A stretch of DNA of 63,888 nt, the filler included, from Folioceros fuciformis (lineage: Eukaryota), in the NCBI GenBank assembly GCA_049999805.1. It is 7 parts of 7 records of this genome, joined end to end, with 100 filler letters (N's around TTAATTAATTAA, not from the genome) between each part and the next. Parts side by side here need not be neighbours in the genome. Positions count along the whole stretch, not along the records: positions 32,907 to 42,722 come from JBNGIO010004164.1; positions 42,823 to 49,879 come from JBNGIO010004165.1; 5 more parts are not named here. One strand, written 5' to 3'. A program made the position numbers and the translations under genes. Positions 36,427-48,998 of the stretch are shown here, piece by piece (the first letter of the stretch is position 1; every line of letters starts with the position of its first letter). The notes under the pieces were generated by a model. It made no database searches. It saw only the letters and a list, made by a program, of their open reading frames with translations, and was not told the DNA's origin.

Positions 36427-38487
36427 GGCTGGGTTCGCATCAGCCCGAGCCCGACATAAAAACACATGACGTGGCGAAAAGGACAAGATCAAGCCACACT
36501 AAATACAGTAAAGTAACTGGTTCGGAGTCGGGATGTTTCCCGCGTCCATTTTTAGATACCTGAGAAATCCTTCGGGTCAGACGAGACCGGGTTACCGGAA
36601 CGGCAAAAAACATCTCGTGCACGGCCTCTTCAAGAAATATCGGGTCGGGTCTTCATGGAAACTACATTGAACTCAAGAACCCCGTTACTTCTAGTTTTCT
36701 AGGGTACAAGTATGGCGTTTGGGAGTGCGAAGATGCTTGGCGGCCGCGAAGGTGCACTGTTTTTGTTGTGTTGTGCAACCTATATCTCATATCCAGAACG
36801 AATCATGTGGCCTCTATATCTTTGCAGGCAGTACCTGGAGGAGAGCGTTGCGACCATGACCTTGGTCTGCAACGGGGCCCAAGGGTGAATAATCAGCACA
36901 ATGTCCTTGCCACTCATTTTCAATGCCCGGATGCACAACCTACATGATAAGTGGACTCCCCTTGGCCGGTGTCGCAAGTTCCTGTTCCTTGCAGTATCAC
37001 TACTACAAACGACTTCCTGTTCCTTGCAGTATCACTACTACAAACGACTTNNNNNNNNNNTACAAACGACTTCCTGTTCCTTGCAGTATCACTACTACAA
37101 ACGACTTTGTGCATGCGGAAGAAAACAGTGGCAAAAGGAAGAAAGGAGCAAGAAAGTTCAACGAGGCTAGTAGCCCTACTAAGGAGCCAGTGGCAAACAA
37201 GAGATGGGAGGAAGCTGACCTCCTACTAAGGAGCCAGTGGCAAACAAGAGATGGGAGGAAGCTGACCTTCTTACGCTGATTGCAGCAAGAAAAGAGGACA
37301 TGGTCAAACATAGAGAAGGTAGGACATGGTCAAACTTATTATGTATTCTCACATGGCTTGTTCTTCAACCATGACAACCTCACCATTTAGTCTTCAACTT
37401 GCATTTGCCAGATGATAAAATTCACTATTATATAAAATACGCATGTCATTAGTTGCTCTTGGCCACCCTGTGACAATGTCCAAGAATTTCTTGTCAAGTC
37501 CTACAATTGCTTGCATTACCTTTGTATAGTCTTTGTATTGTCCATGATATTCCCTTGAGTTTTTGCCCACTGCAAGCTCCATCTTGACGTAAGTTGCATC
37601 TGCATCCCCACAACAATTGATAAAACCTTGTTTATTCTTAAACTCATCCTTCACCGCTCTTAGTTCTTCTCCTACAACACCAAACGTTTCACCAATTGAT
37701 AAGAAAGAGTCACCTGTTGCAAGCCTTCTTAGAGCAATAACCACTTGTTTATGAACTAAGACATTTCTTTTGGGCACAATGTTAAAGCTTGGCACATTCA
37801 CGAATTGCAAGTCTTGCTAAACTGAACTACAAATATATTCAAAAGTTGACCATGAGAATCTCAAAGAGCTAGAAAAACTCCACTCATCTTCCCTTGCCAC
37901 CATGAGGTTTGATGTAATACATACCCCTTTGTAATCCATGAAAGAGCCCTCTTGGCAACTTATTTGTGTCATCCAGCATCCCAAGTATAGCAATTAACTC
38001 ATGACATGCACAAATAAGGTCTTTCATTGCATCTTCAACAGACAATTCTTCTCCTTGGAACAATGAGGCTTGCATGATGTTAGCATTGTTAGAATAAAAA
38101 TATCCAATTGCTCCATAAACTTAACCATATTTTCCATACATCCAATAATGATCATAAGCACACCATAGATCAAAATATTACTTGATGTAATAATAATAAT
38201 AATAGAAACCGAACCCCCTCAAGTTCTTGGCACCGTCCACAAAGCGCTGCTCCCAACAGAACTTGAACCCCTGTCCTTGCAAAAGCCCAAATGCGCCTCG
38301 TGCGGTTTGTGGAGTTACTTAAAGTAGGTAGGGTCCGTGGAGGCTCAACGGACAAACCGAAACAACCGGTATCTCAACCGGTTACAACAGGTAAAAGTGA
38401 GGAAATACGGGTTGTAGTTCGGGGCACGTACGCCGCAACTCCGGCTCAGATTAGGCCCTCGGGGTTCGGGTTCATGCGAACCCACCC
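36427..38487 (-). mobile_element. PIF/Harbinger DNA transposon (decayed, about 2.06 kb) between the two PPO genes
   Basis: HARBI1-like transposase remnant (VIALRRLATGDS, GFINCCGDADATYV, MQAIV...FLDIVTGWP.ATNDMRILYNS) at 37394-38075. Imperfect TIRs GGCTGGGTTCGCATCAGCCCGAGCCC and GGGTGGGTTCGCATGAACCCGAACCC. Flanks CAA and TAA give a 3-bp TSD with one mismatch. Internal 35-bp (36981-37107) and 47-bp (37176-37268) tandem repeats. Confidence 0.85.
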
Positions 38488-38774
38488 TAAGGAGGGTTTT
38501 ACAGTCGGAGGAAACCCTATTTTTTTCCTTTCCAACATCTAACGAGATATTTATGCATGTTGCCCCACGTGATCCAGTACGAAGGTCCCACCTTCCTCGA
38601 CGAAGCCCAGCTCAGATTTTGCTCTAGTCGCCTCTTGCAATCGTCTGATGTCACTCTAGTATGTGAGTACATAGCTGAAGTTGGGGTGAATTCAGGGTTG
38701 GAGTTTGACAGGGCCAGGACAGGTCTCCTTTAGTGGAGATATATCACATTATAGCGCAGTACTGACGCAAAGGC

Positions 38775-39150
38775 CGACAGAGGGGTGACCGTCCTGAGGC
38801 TTCGTCTTTGCGTCATTTGTTTCTCACAGGTACTGTACAATGTGAGGAATGTGACAGTTGTGGATTGGGGCAGTCCTCGGGTTTAGTCATTATTCATGTA
38901 GTGGGGGCCATTATTCATGTACCGATGCGCAGGCTGAAAGAGGGGTGACCGTCCTAAGGCTTCGCCTTGTGTCATTTGCTTCTCGCAGATACTGTATGTG
39001 AGGAGTCGGACAGTTGTGGAATGGGGCAGCCATTCATCCAGTGTGGGCCAGAATTGTACTCAGTGGTTTCCCATAGATACTGTTTGTGAGGAGTTGGACA
39101 GTCGAGGAAGTGGGCAGTCCTTTGTGCAGTCATTCACGCAGTGGGGGCCG
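38775..39150. repeat. Degenerate tandem duplication (about 160-bp unit, 2-3 copies) downstream of PPO2
   Basis: AGGGGTGACCGTCCT(G/A)AGGCTTCG...TGTGAGGA...GACAGTTGTGGA..GGGGCAG at about 38782 and 38941, partial at about 39075. Confidence 0.7.
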
Positions 39151-39353
39151 GAATCGTACTCGGGTAGAAATTGCCACAGGAATTGATGAATGCTTTTTAT
39201 CGGGCCAGGTTCGCACCAACTATCCACACTAGACCCAGAACTGTACGTAGCCTGGCCCTACATATGTACCTACATTATTGCTCACATCGCTCTGCACAAC
39301 ACACGCTGTGAACATAACAGTGCTGGTGTAGTGAACAAAGAAAGGGATTCGGT

Positions 39354-41487
39354 CTAAGACAGGGTGAGAAGGGCGCCCTTCAGTTTCACGCCCTTTTCAC
39401 TGTCTTTCCCCAGGGGCACGATGGTGACCAGGAGCCTGGACGGTTTGTTGATGCCGAGTAACTCTAAATTGGTAGAAATATCGAAGCGCACATTCACCCG
39501 GCGGTATCGGCCGACGTCGCCGCCGAGCTTTCCCTCCGGAATGTTGTTGTACGAGCCCACGAACTGAGGGATGGATTTGGCAGTCCTCTCGTCTGCGCCT
39601 GGCAAGTTGACGAAGACGGAGAAAGCCAATGACCCGTCGACAGGCACTAACACTCCCTCCAAAGTCAGTGTTTTCACCAGATCGTCGAAATCCAACTCCT
39701 TCAGCTCCGCTGGAATGCGCTCCGGACGCACTCCGATGGTGAAGGGCTTGTCCCCAGTGTCAGCATCCTTGCCCCCGCGAGATGCTTTGGAACCCAACTC
39801 TTTGAAATCGTCAACATTTCCCTGCGGCTTCGGGGACTTGCGCAGCTTCCCCACAGTGCTCTTGGGGTCCTTGACGTAGTCCTTGATCAATGCCGCTCCT
39901 GCGTCCGCGTCTCCGAGCCCGTTGGCGACGTTCAGCACCGCCCCGTAGCTGAGCCAGGCCTGGTCCTCCTTCACGACGGGGTAGTCATACCGGAGACAAT
40001 TCCTGGTGTCCAGCGTATCCCGCACAGTGATCTTCACCAGCTCCTTCTTCTCGTTGTAGAAGAGGAACGCGGCGTCCAGCCACTGGGAGTCCGTGAAGTT
40101 GGTCCTGTAGTCGTCACCTCGAGTCCTGCCATTGGGGAGCTTCACCCTGCGTACAGGCCTGCCCGTGGGGGTCTTGTCGGAAGGCAAGTTCTCCCACACT
40201 GACCACAGCCTGTCCACATTCCCGTGGAGGTGGTAGAAGAGCGGGTCCAGTCCGGCGGTAGCGAAATTGCCAAGATTCTGCGCACAGTGTCACGCACATT
40301 GCTCACCAGGCCAGCACACTCTCTCCACCCCCACGGACAGCAATGCAAGCAGATTTTGATTCAGCATATACAAATTTGACACACACCTCGTTGGTTTCAG
40401 GAAATCCCACGGGATCACCCCCCCACCTGTGCACAGCGGTGTGCGGCCCGCCCTCCACACTCCCAGCCTGCAGGTCAGTAGTGCCGTCGGCATTGGTGCC
40501 GTCCGCGTAGAACGCGCCACCCAGGAAATCTACGGCGGAGAGGGTAGTGGCAACACTGTTGTACATGACAGACAGATTGCTCGAGCGCAGCTCGTCTTCG
40601 TCCGTGTAATCGTTCTTGCCATCGTAGGAAAGGTTGAGGATGGGGGCCACACCGGTGCTCAAGTGTTTGGCATTCCTGTTCGGGTCGTAGAGCGCAGAGG
40701 AAATATCCTCAAAGATAGCGGGGATCTTGTTGGCGTTGGCAGCGATGCTCTGGTTATCCCAGTTCCAGAACGGGAGCTTGAAAGTCGGGTCTTCGATCAA
40801 GCTGGCCAGAATCCGTTCGTGGAAATAGAGCTCGGCGCGATGGAAGGGGAAAAAGTACCAGCCGAAGTGGATCTGCAAGGTGGTCCCGGGCGGCCCAGCG
40901 GGCAAGGGGAAGGCGCCGTTGCAGTAGGAGCAGTGCACCTTACCCTGCTGGAGCAGACTCCTGGGGTCATCGTCTGGGAGCTCCCGCATGCGCTTGTACG
41001 CAAGTTTCAACTTGGCTATGTAGGCTTCGTCCAGCTCGTGCACTTTGGGGCGGGGCAGGATGGGGATCTTGACGTCGGGCGTGAAGTTGATGATGGGGAT
41101 AGGGTTCTCGTAGCCCGGTGGGCAGCACTCTATGGGAAGCGGTTTGTTCGGGATCTTGTACGCCGTGGTACACTTGGTGAAGTCGGGCGCCGGGAAGGGC
41201 CCGGACTCAGGGCCCCCCAGCGCCGACCCCGGAAGCAGAATGCTGCCCGCGGCCAGGGTCCCCGCCATGAGCTCCCTCCTCCCGGTACTCTTCCATCCTC
41301 TTCGCCCCTCCTCCGAATCGACTGCGGCCTTCACAACCAGCGAACTGCCGTCAGCACTGCACTTGCCGCTTCCCAGGCCAACAGCTCGTGAAGATTGGAT
41401 CCTGGACGACCCCACCTGCGCGGCTACAGAAGCCGCGTTCGCTGAGAGACAGCCTGTCAAAACCGAGGCATGCAAGGAGGAGGCCAT
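39354..41487 (-). CDS. PPO: Polyphenol oxidase 2 (tandem paralogue); exons 41487-40387, 40277-39354
   Basis: Transit peptide with GRRELMAG. CuA HCSYC...QIHFGWYFFPFHR. CuB PHTAVHRW...NLGNFATAGLDPLFYHLHGNVDRLW. Intron 40386-40278 is at the same position as in PPO1. Confidence 0.95.
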
Positions 41488-42089
41488 AGTGTAATGAAAG
41501 AGACCCGCAAACAGAAACAAATGCGCGCCTTGTGTAACATTGCATAGAATCCTCCAGTTATATTCCGAGAGATGTATGATTGGGGGTAGCTCAAGGTGTT
41601 GGGAAAACCAATCAGGCATCGCGCGGCCCCCTTATCCCTGACGCAAGCTGACAGGGTGACTCGGGATTGCAGCTGGTGGACCCCGTCAGTTGTAGCGTGG
41701 ACTATCTTAACTGGACTCTAAATAGAAATCTTCTTTTCGTCACCTTTCCTCTCTCCGACAATGTTTTTTTTGCTGCACCTGCCATTGTTTGAGCACGAGG
41801 CTGGCGTGACGTCTGCTATGGGCGCGCCGAGTCATGCACAAAGCTCGTACAATAATTGCAGTAGGCTGCATCCTCGGGATTGCAGTCGGTGCAGCGGAGA
41901 CTGAAGGAGGTGCTGTATCTCTACATGTCCAGTCCTTACGTAGGTACAGTGCAGCCTGCCTCCTGTCGACGCGGGACTGGGGAACTGTACATTTCACCAT
42001 TGGGAACTGTTCATTTCACCTTTCCAGGGTCATCTTTCTGGAATTTTGCAATCCATGATCATCCCCTTACACAACCCAAGGAAGGTGAG

Positions 42090-42552
42090 GGGGGACAGGA
42101 GAGTCTGCGAATGCTCGGCTCCACCAGTTGACGTGCTCCCGTTTTGTCTACAAGTGTGGACTTTCAGCTGAGGAGCACAACAATGAAAAGGGGCTCGTCG
42201 GAGTCGCGCAACAGTTCACCTTTTCTCCGAGAGCGTACACGTGGCCGTTTGGACACTGGTACCACTGAGCATGGTGGCCAACTTGGTCTGGCATCACCTC
42301 CGCCCTCACCTCAATTTCTGTCTTCCTGCTCGCATTGCTCATAACGGTCTTGGCGTCCTCATTTTCGGGGTCGTGATCCAACACAACTGCACTCAGCTGT
42401 GTTGCCCTCTCCCACGCATTCATCCTGGTGAAAGTCCGCCCTAACTGAACCATTGCCTTCATGGCGATAGAAGTCCCGGCTGCGTAGCACATTTGCCAAA
42501 ACCTTTGAGTTAGGAGGCAAGGACGCAAGGCTGAGCGTCGTCCGCAACACAT
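42090..42552 (-). pseudogene. C-terminal fragment of an RZ-type zinc-finger protein (ZNFX1/RNF213-like), probably degenerate
   Basis: QWYQCPNGHVYALGE matches the RZ-finger core W[FY]xCxNGHxY.IG[ED]. A possible next exon gives HTC....STGGAEH. The Cys normally following GE is absent. Confidence 0.6.
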
Positions 42553-42830
42553 TGCTCACAGAATGCGTACCTCTGCACGACGTTGTTGCCATGGACGAGG
42601 CGATGTTCTTGCAGTAATCGATGTCGTTCTCGACTACGCACGCTTTTGATGCAGCGGCTGTTGCTGGGTGAGCCGTCAGTTGGCTTGTGCACAACACGAG
42701 TAGCAAGTGAAAGGATGCCTTCNNNNNNNNNNNNNNNNNNNNNNNNNNNNNNNNNNNNNNNNNNNNTTAATTAATTAANNNNNNNNNNNNNNNNNNNNNN
42801 NNNNNNNNNNNNNNNNNNNNNNTCGAAGCC

Positions 42831-45173
42831 ATGGTTGTGGGAGTGGTACATCGAGCCCTGGCGCTGGCATTTGCGTTTCCTCGGTCTTCCTGCGTGGTGG
42901 CGTCTTCTGGGCAAGGGGGAGGGTGCCGGGGGCCTGTCGGTGGGGTGAGTGAGTGTTTGTTTGTTCGGAGATTCTTGGGTTTGCATGCAAGGTTTAGGGG
43001 TCAGGAGAGGCGGCGGATCTTGTGAGTTGTAGGCAAATCTTGTGCCTCTGAAGGGGGGAGTTCTCTCTGCTGTAGGCTCAGCTCTTTGCCCGGAGCTTGT
43101 CATGGATGGGATGTGAAGGGTGCCAGCTGAAGCGTCGTGCAATCACTCCCTTTTGCTGCAGGTGGTACTATCTAGGGTTTTAGGGTTGGGTTGGTCTCTC
43201 TTTTAATTTGTCTTGTCATGGTGTTTGTGATTGCGCAATGTGTCTTGTATCGTTCCAAATCGTGGGGCTTGACGTACCAATCTAGGAGGTTGATCGTGTT
43301 TCTTTCTGTCTCCAGAAACGCGAGTGAGTGTTTGTTGCGTCCCGTGTCGTTTCATGTGGCCTTCTTGGTCTCGAAACCTGGGGAGGTTGTTGGAGGGGTT
43401 AGTTGTGGTCCTGATTTGTTCCTTCGTATCGGTGATCAGTCCCTCCCTGGTGCGAAGACATTCCGCTTTCCCAAGTAGCGTCGAATCTCCAGCTGTGAGG
43501 GCCATGGCAGAGTACGCGGAGGCTTCTCCCTATATCGTTGTATACGTTACTGTACCCAACGCTGAGATTGGTATGGGTACAGTTTCTTCTACCTGCATGG
43601 TTCATAAAAAAAAATGAAATCCTCTCTTGTTAAATTCTTGGGTGCTGGCTTGCAGGCACAAAGTTAGCCAACGGCCTGGTCTCGAACGGACTGGCTGCGT
43701 GTGTGAATCAAGTTCCTGGTAAGGGTTTATGGTTCTGTACAATCCTGATGACCCGTGTCGGTTCATGAGAAGTGCGACGGAGTAATGCACTAGTTTGTTG
43801 CTGCAATGTTGCCCAGTCGTGAGTAGTTCCACGGGTGCCTGTGCTTGACTTGTGACATGGCTTTGACTAATTCCTTTGGCCTTTGATGCACTGAAATGTT
43901 TGCTACTCTTGATGGCTCTAAGCCAATTGATGAACATCCACCAAGATCTCTGAGGCCATTCGCGTGAAATGTAGTCTGTTTTTTTTTTTTTTTTGTCCTC
44001 TTCCCTTTGTGGCGATGAAGAATTCAAAGGCCGGTCTGTTTTGCAGCCCAGGCAGCAAAACCTGTCGGCAGCATTGTGATGAAAGCATTTTCGAGAAGGT
44101 TGACTGAGCCTCGTAGACTTGCGTATGATCATGCTTGTGGGCTTGGCTGTGGTGTTGCATGTGGCCAGTGATTATACGAAAATATTTGCTACTCTTGATA
44201 GTTTGACTAGGTGATGTCAACTTTTCCACCGAGATCGATGAGGCCGCTGCGAGTGACATCCTTTAGTATGCATTGTGCGATATTCTCTTTGCTGTAGTGA
44301 GTGCGTGTCACTTGTGGCGTTGACTGGTCAGGTCGTGTTGCGTAGGTAGTTTGTTGCGGCCTGTAGTGCCGTGTCCGGATTGGACTCCTGGCCTGTGATG
44401 TCACTATCTTTGCTACTCTCTATGGTCTCTTGGCCAGGTGCGGGATGATTCTACTATCACCAAGAACTGAGGCTTTGTAGGTTGCGTTTGTTCTGTGAAA
44501 TTGGTCTAGGGTGGGTTTGTGCCAGTGACGAAAAACAATAGTGTGTGTCATATGAGCCCTTGACGGGCGTATGATTTAATGCTCAATCTTCTCTCTGAGG
44601 CATGCCGTCCACGTATTGACGACCAGTTCTGCTGACATCGTAGAGTACCTAGGTGATAAATGGGAAATGCAGGGCATTTTAAGTGTTTTTCTTTTTCCGC
44701 TCTCATTGCAGGTGTACAGTCTACGTACCTGTGGGAGGGGAAGGTATCTTCTTTCCTCGTCACGGTGCAATACCGGGTTGGGGATATTAAGAGCACAGCC
44801 CGGCAGTTATGATCCGATTTCTTAACTTGTGGGTGTTGGGGACTTTGTAGGTGACAACAGACCAAGAGCTTTTACTTATCATCAAGACGAGGCAGACTTT
44901 GCTCTCCGCCCTGACGTCGCACGTTCAAGCTAATCATCCTTACTCGTATGTGTTCGCAGACGAGATCCCACGCACTGCTGCCCTGCCCGTTGTCTTAAGT
45001 TCCAACGTGCAGGCATTGGTTTGCGAATGACCGTGAAAATCCCTTTGAAGCTGACGGGGCGGGATTGGTACGCTGGCAGAGTGCCGGAGGTGATAGCTCT
45101 CCCCATCCTTGGAGGGAGCCCAGAGTATCTGAAGTGGTTAGGAGACTGTACGGAGGCATCTAGCGTGTCCTGA
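42831..45173 (+). CDS. CUTA: CutA divalent-cation tolerance protein, probably plastid-targeted; core exons 43440-43570, 43656-43718, 44712-44743, 44851-44945, 45080-45173; putative transit-peptide exons 42831-42944, 43162-43184
   Basis: Spliced product IVVYVTVPNAEIGTKLANGLVSNGLAACVNQVPGVQSTYLWEGKVTTDQELLLIIKTRQTLLSALTSHVQANHPYSVPEVIALPILGGSPEYLKWL. All introns are GT-AG and in phase. The first two exons are less certain. The ORF track misses most of this gene. Confidence 0.92.
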
Positions 45174-46711
45174 TTGAGGCAAAAGTTTCAGGGGTTTATC
45201 CGCTTCTAAGCCACGCATGTTTACTGGAGATGTTTTTTATATGTACGGGAAAGGCATGCCGATTGAAAAGCGCTGCCGGCCTCGTGATGTGCATGTTTAT
45301 AATGTGGCTGCAAGGTGCGTGTTTGCCGCACATTTTGTTGATTCTTGGGCCGTGGTTCCAGAACTGTCCATTACTGAGGTGGTTGGAGGGCACGTCTTTC
45401 CGCTGGGTTGCAGGGTCACGTTGGTGGCGTGAGAACTACCGCGTCGGTGGAGGAGAAGTTGCAGCCGAAGGGAGGTGGTGGCAATAATCCATCTAAAGGG
45501 GAGGGGGGGCTAGCCGCCACTCGAAGAGAGAAGGAAGTTGTAGTCAAGAACTGTCAAGGTGAAGTTAAGGAGTGGCCAACCCCAGTCGTCGGTACAGCGG
45601 TTATGCTTTGTTTTCTTTGTGTCGGTCTGCGTTGTTTGTCGTTGCTGTTGAGAGTGTCAGATGGCTTGACCTCTTTTTCAGTCCGCAGTACATATGTGTA
45701 TGTATGGCGCCAAATTGTAGACCGCAATCAGTAATAGGGCTTTTGAAAGTCTTGGGGCGGCAGAGGTGATCTGCGGTTCGCGGCGCCCATTGGAGGGCGA
45801 GTAGGCACGTCGTGCGGAGGGGCAGAGCAAGGAAGTAGAGAAGGGGACTCCCGTCCTTCGCTGGTTGTGCGGCGCGATTCCTACGTCGAAGCTCAGGGTT
45901 GCCATAAAGTAAGGGCGAAGCGATGCAGGGTCGACCACTGGACTGCGTCGTCACGCCGTGACTTGGACTCTGCGTAACAAGTTCCTATACCCCCGGCACC
46001 TGTGCACTTTCCCAAGTTGGTGGGCCTTCCAACTTCCGGGTTATGGGTAAAAGCACGATGTAAGAGTCCAGGCCTGTGAGGTTGGTAGTGGGTTCGCGGG
46101 CTGGTTCCGGGATGGGGCCGTTTGCGCGTTCCTATTGCTCCACCCCCCCGCCCCCTTTGTTGTGCTCCTCCTCGCTTCGTCAACGTTTCTAATTTCGGGC
46201 CCCGGCCGTCCTGAGCTGACACTGGCATGCTCGAGGTCCAAGTCTTAGGGGGTTGGCCTTTGACTTTGGCCGAAACCTATCACATGGAAGCGACGGTGCG
46301 TCGACGAGGAGGCTAGAGTACGAAGGAGTAGGGGGAGAAGAAAGCGGAGCGACCTTAGGATTCACAAGTTGAGTGTCGGCAGGGCAGGACAGGGCAGGGC
46401 CAGGGCAGGGCAGAGGGCTGGAGCGCAGGCTGGCGCATGCTGTACGCGTGTGACCACTGGAAGCACACGGCAGGCAGGATAAGGGGTCCAGCTGGGGATC
46501 TCGACGTAGCGCCTGGTTATCAGAGATTTGTCGGACCTGGTGTAGCGCATTGTGCAAGGCGAACATTGCAGGAGCAGAGTTTGTATGGTGCATGAGGACG
46601 TGAGTGCTCTCAGATTGGTGCGGCCTCTAAGGCCGGCTGTTCCTTCGTTCTCGTTTCCCAACTTTCTTCAGAGGTGGGGGGCAATCGAGTGATGTGTTAG
46701 CTGCTGGCTGA

Positions 46712-48958
46712 ATGGCAACGGCAGCGATACGGGCGGATGAGTTGGCACCTTTGTTCAGGTTCTCACTGCTGGGAAGCATGAAGCCGCAGTCACCACTGGT
46801 GGGTGTGGGTGTGGCTGACGATAAGCTCAAGATGCGCCGCAGCGTGGGCCGCACCGACCATGTGCGCAGGATCGACCTGTCTGTGAAGCTGGAGGATCCG
46901 GAGGAGTTGCAGCGGGCGCAGGCGCAGGCGCAGGCGCAGGCGCAGGCGCAGGCGCAGGCNNNNNNNNNNNNNNNNNNNNNNNNNNNNNNNNNNNNNNNNN
47001 NNNNNNNNNNNNNNNNNNNNNNNNNNNNNNNNNNNNNNNNNNNNNNNNNNNNNNNNNNNAGGCGCAGGCGCAGGCGCAGGCGCAGGCGCAGGCGCAGCAG
47101 CAGCAGCAGCAGGAGCAGCCGCAGCAGCAGCAGGAGCAGCCGCAGCAGCAGAGGGATGTGGTGGAGCGGCCGCGAGAGGCGGAGGATCCCCACCGGAATC
47201 TCGCGGGGAATGTGCATTGCGGCGACCATGCCATGGAGGAGGCGCAGGTTGAGGCTGCCGGCGATGGCGAGGAATGTACGGTGGGAACCACGGAGTCTGA
47301 GTACCAGCAGTCTCCGCGGGTGCATACCAGTCCGGAGCGCAAGCGTGTAGCCCTGTCCGTTTCCAACGACGAGGAATGCACCAGCCCTGGGCCGTCAGGG
47401 TCGCAGGAGATGCCGGCGGTCCATTCCCAGGCACTCCCCATGAACCACGCCCACGTCCAGGGTGTGCTGGACATCGAGATGCGTTTTCCGGGCCTGGTAG
47501 GTTCCCACTTCCCATACTCTACTCTACTCTACTCTACTCAACCCAGCCCAGCAGCCCAGCCCAGCCCATCGAGGCCCCGGCCACGGACTCGTGCATCTCC
47601 ACTTTTTGTTTCTTCGTACAACGCACTAGTTCCTTGGTTTGTCGGAATGCTATGCTTGTTAGCTATAGAACTGTGGCGTTCCATGACGTGTGACAGTTTT
47701 CTTGGACACTCAACTTCTGGTGAGTCGAGTCTAGTCGAGTGGAGTCGTCGTCGACCTGAGTCTAGATCCCAATTTCTCCAAGAAGGATTCCGGCTGTTCC
47801 CGGCGCAACCTACCCTCCTTCTTGAGGTCCCCCGTGAGCCAGCCTGCCTTCCTGCCAACCCTCTCGTCCCTCTCCCTCGCACTCTCCTTCTCCCTCTCCC
47901 CCCCCCCGGGTATCTCCCCTCGGGTACGAATTATCAATTTAGTCAACAGGCGAGAGGCACGTCAACATTGACTTGTGAGGACTTTGCAGAGATATAGTCA
48001 ACCGTGGTTGGCCAGTGGCGAGCGTCCTCCGTCTGTCTACCTTTCTTGTGCGGCTTGGTTGGCTCCAAAGCTTGCGTACTTGGTCGTCCAAACCCCACTC
48101 CCTCCTTGTGGGCGCACGCTGTGTGTGCGTTGTTTCCCAGGCTTTGGAGGCTGTTGGCTTGCCAACCAGTCGAGGACAGAGAGATGCCACCTCCTCCTCT
48201 CCTGGACCACGCGATTCCAGCACTCCCGTAGATGGGCTGTGGATAGATCGCTACTACAGGGGTGACTATCTAGACTCAGAGGAATGCCGGCTTCTATTCC
48301 GTCTGTGCTTGGGTGAGGTATGGATGCGTGTAGAATGTTCTGGCAGGCTGCATGCGCAGACGCACCAGCATGTTCTACACTTGCCATTGAGGGTGGCTGG
48401 CCCAGGGCAAGGGCCGTGGCCGCGCTCCAGTGTTGCAGTGGCAGTGACTGTGGTACATCCGGTCCAGCGTCACGGCCGTGGAGGATGACTTCCTTCCCGC
48501 CATCGCATCCGCCTCCGTCTCCGCCTCCACCTCCGCCAATCCCCGCATGCACCTCCTCCGCCGGATAGAGGTTGTCGTAGTACTAGTAGTGGGTTGGTAA
48601 CCTTGGCAAGCCTTCTTGTCTCAGGCTTGTGAAACAACCTCGTGATCAGGTTGTGAAGTGGTTTGCATGCACGGGATCCGAATGAGGATGCCATTCCCTG
48701 TCAGTGCCAACTGTCCGATCGGAGGTCCTTTCGAAGAAGAATTGAACTCGGGGTATCTATGCACATGTATTGCAGCTGCAGGGGATGCGGGACAAGGTGG
48801 ACTCCGTGAGCGAGGAGAATGAGCGGTTGAAAAACGAGCTCAAGTCACTCACCACCGCGTACCATAACCTGCAGTCCTTGCTATACCACCAGCAGCATCA
48901 TGTGGGGCGAAGCGGGTCCGGCGTTACGTCCGCAACAGCTGCACACGTGCTAGCACCG

Positions 48959-48998
<40 letters not shown>

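Noticed and set aside
34691..41391. Long alternative-frame and antisense ORFs over the PPO exons (34725-35537, 40429-41391)
   Set aside because: Shadow ORFs caused by high GC3 codon bias, with no independent motifs.
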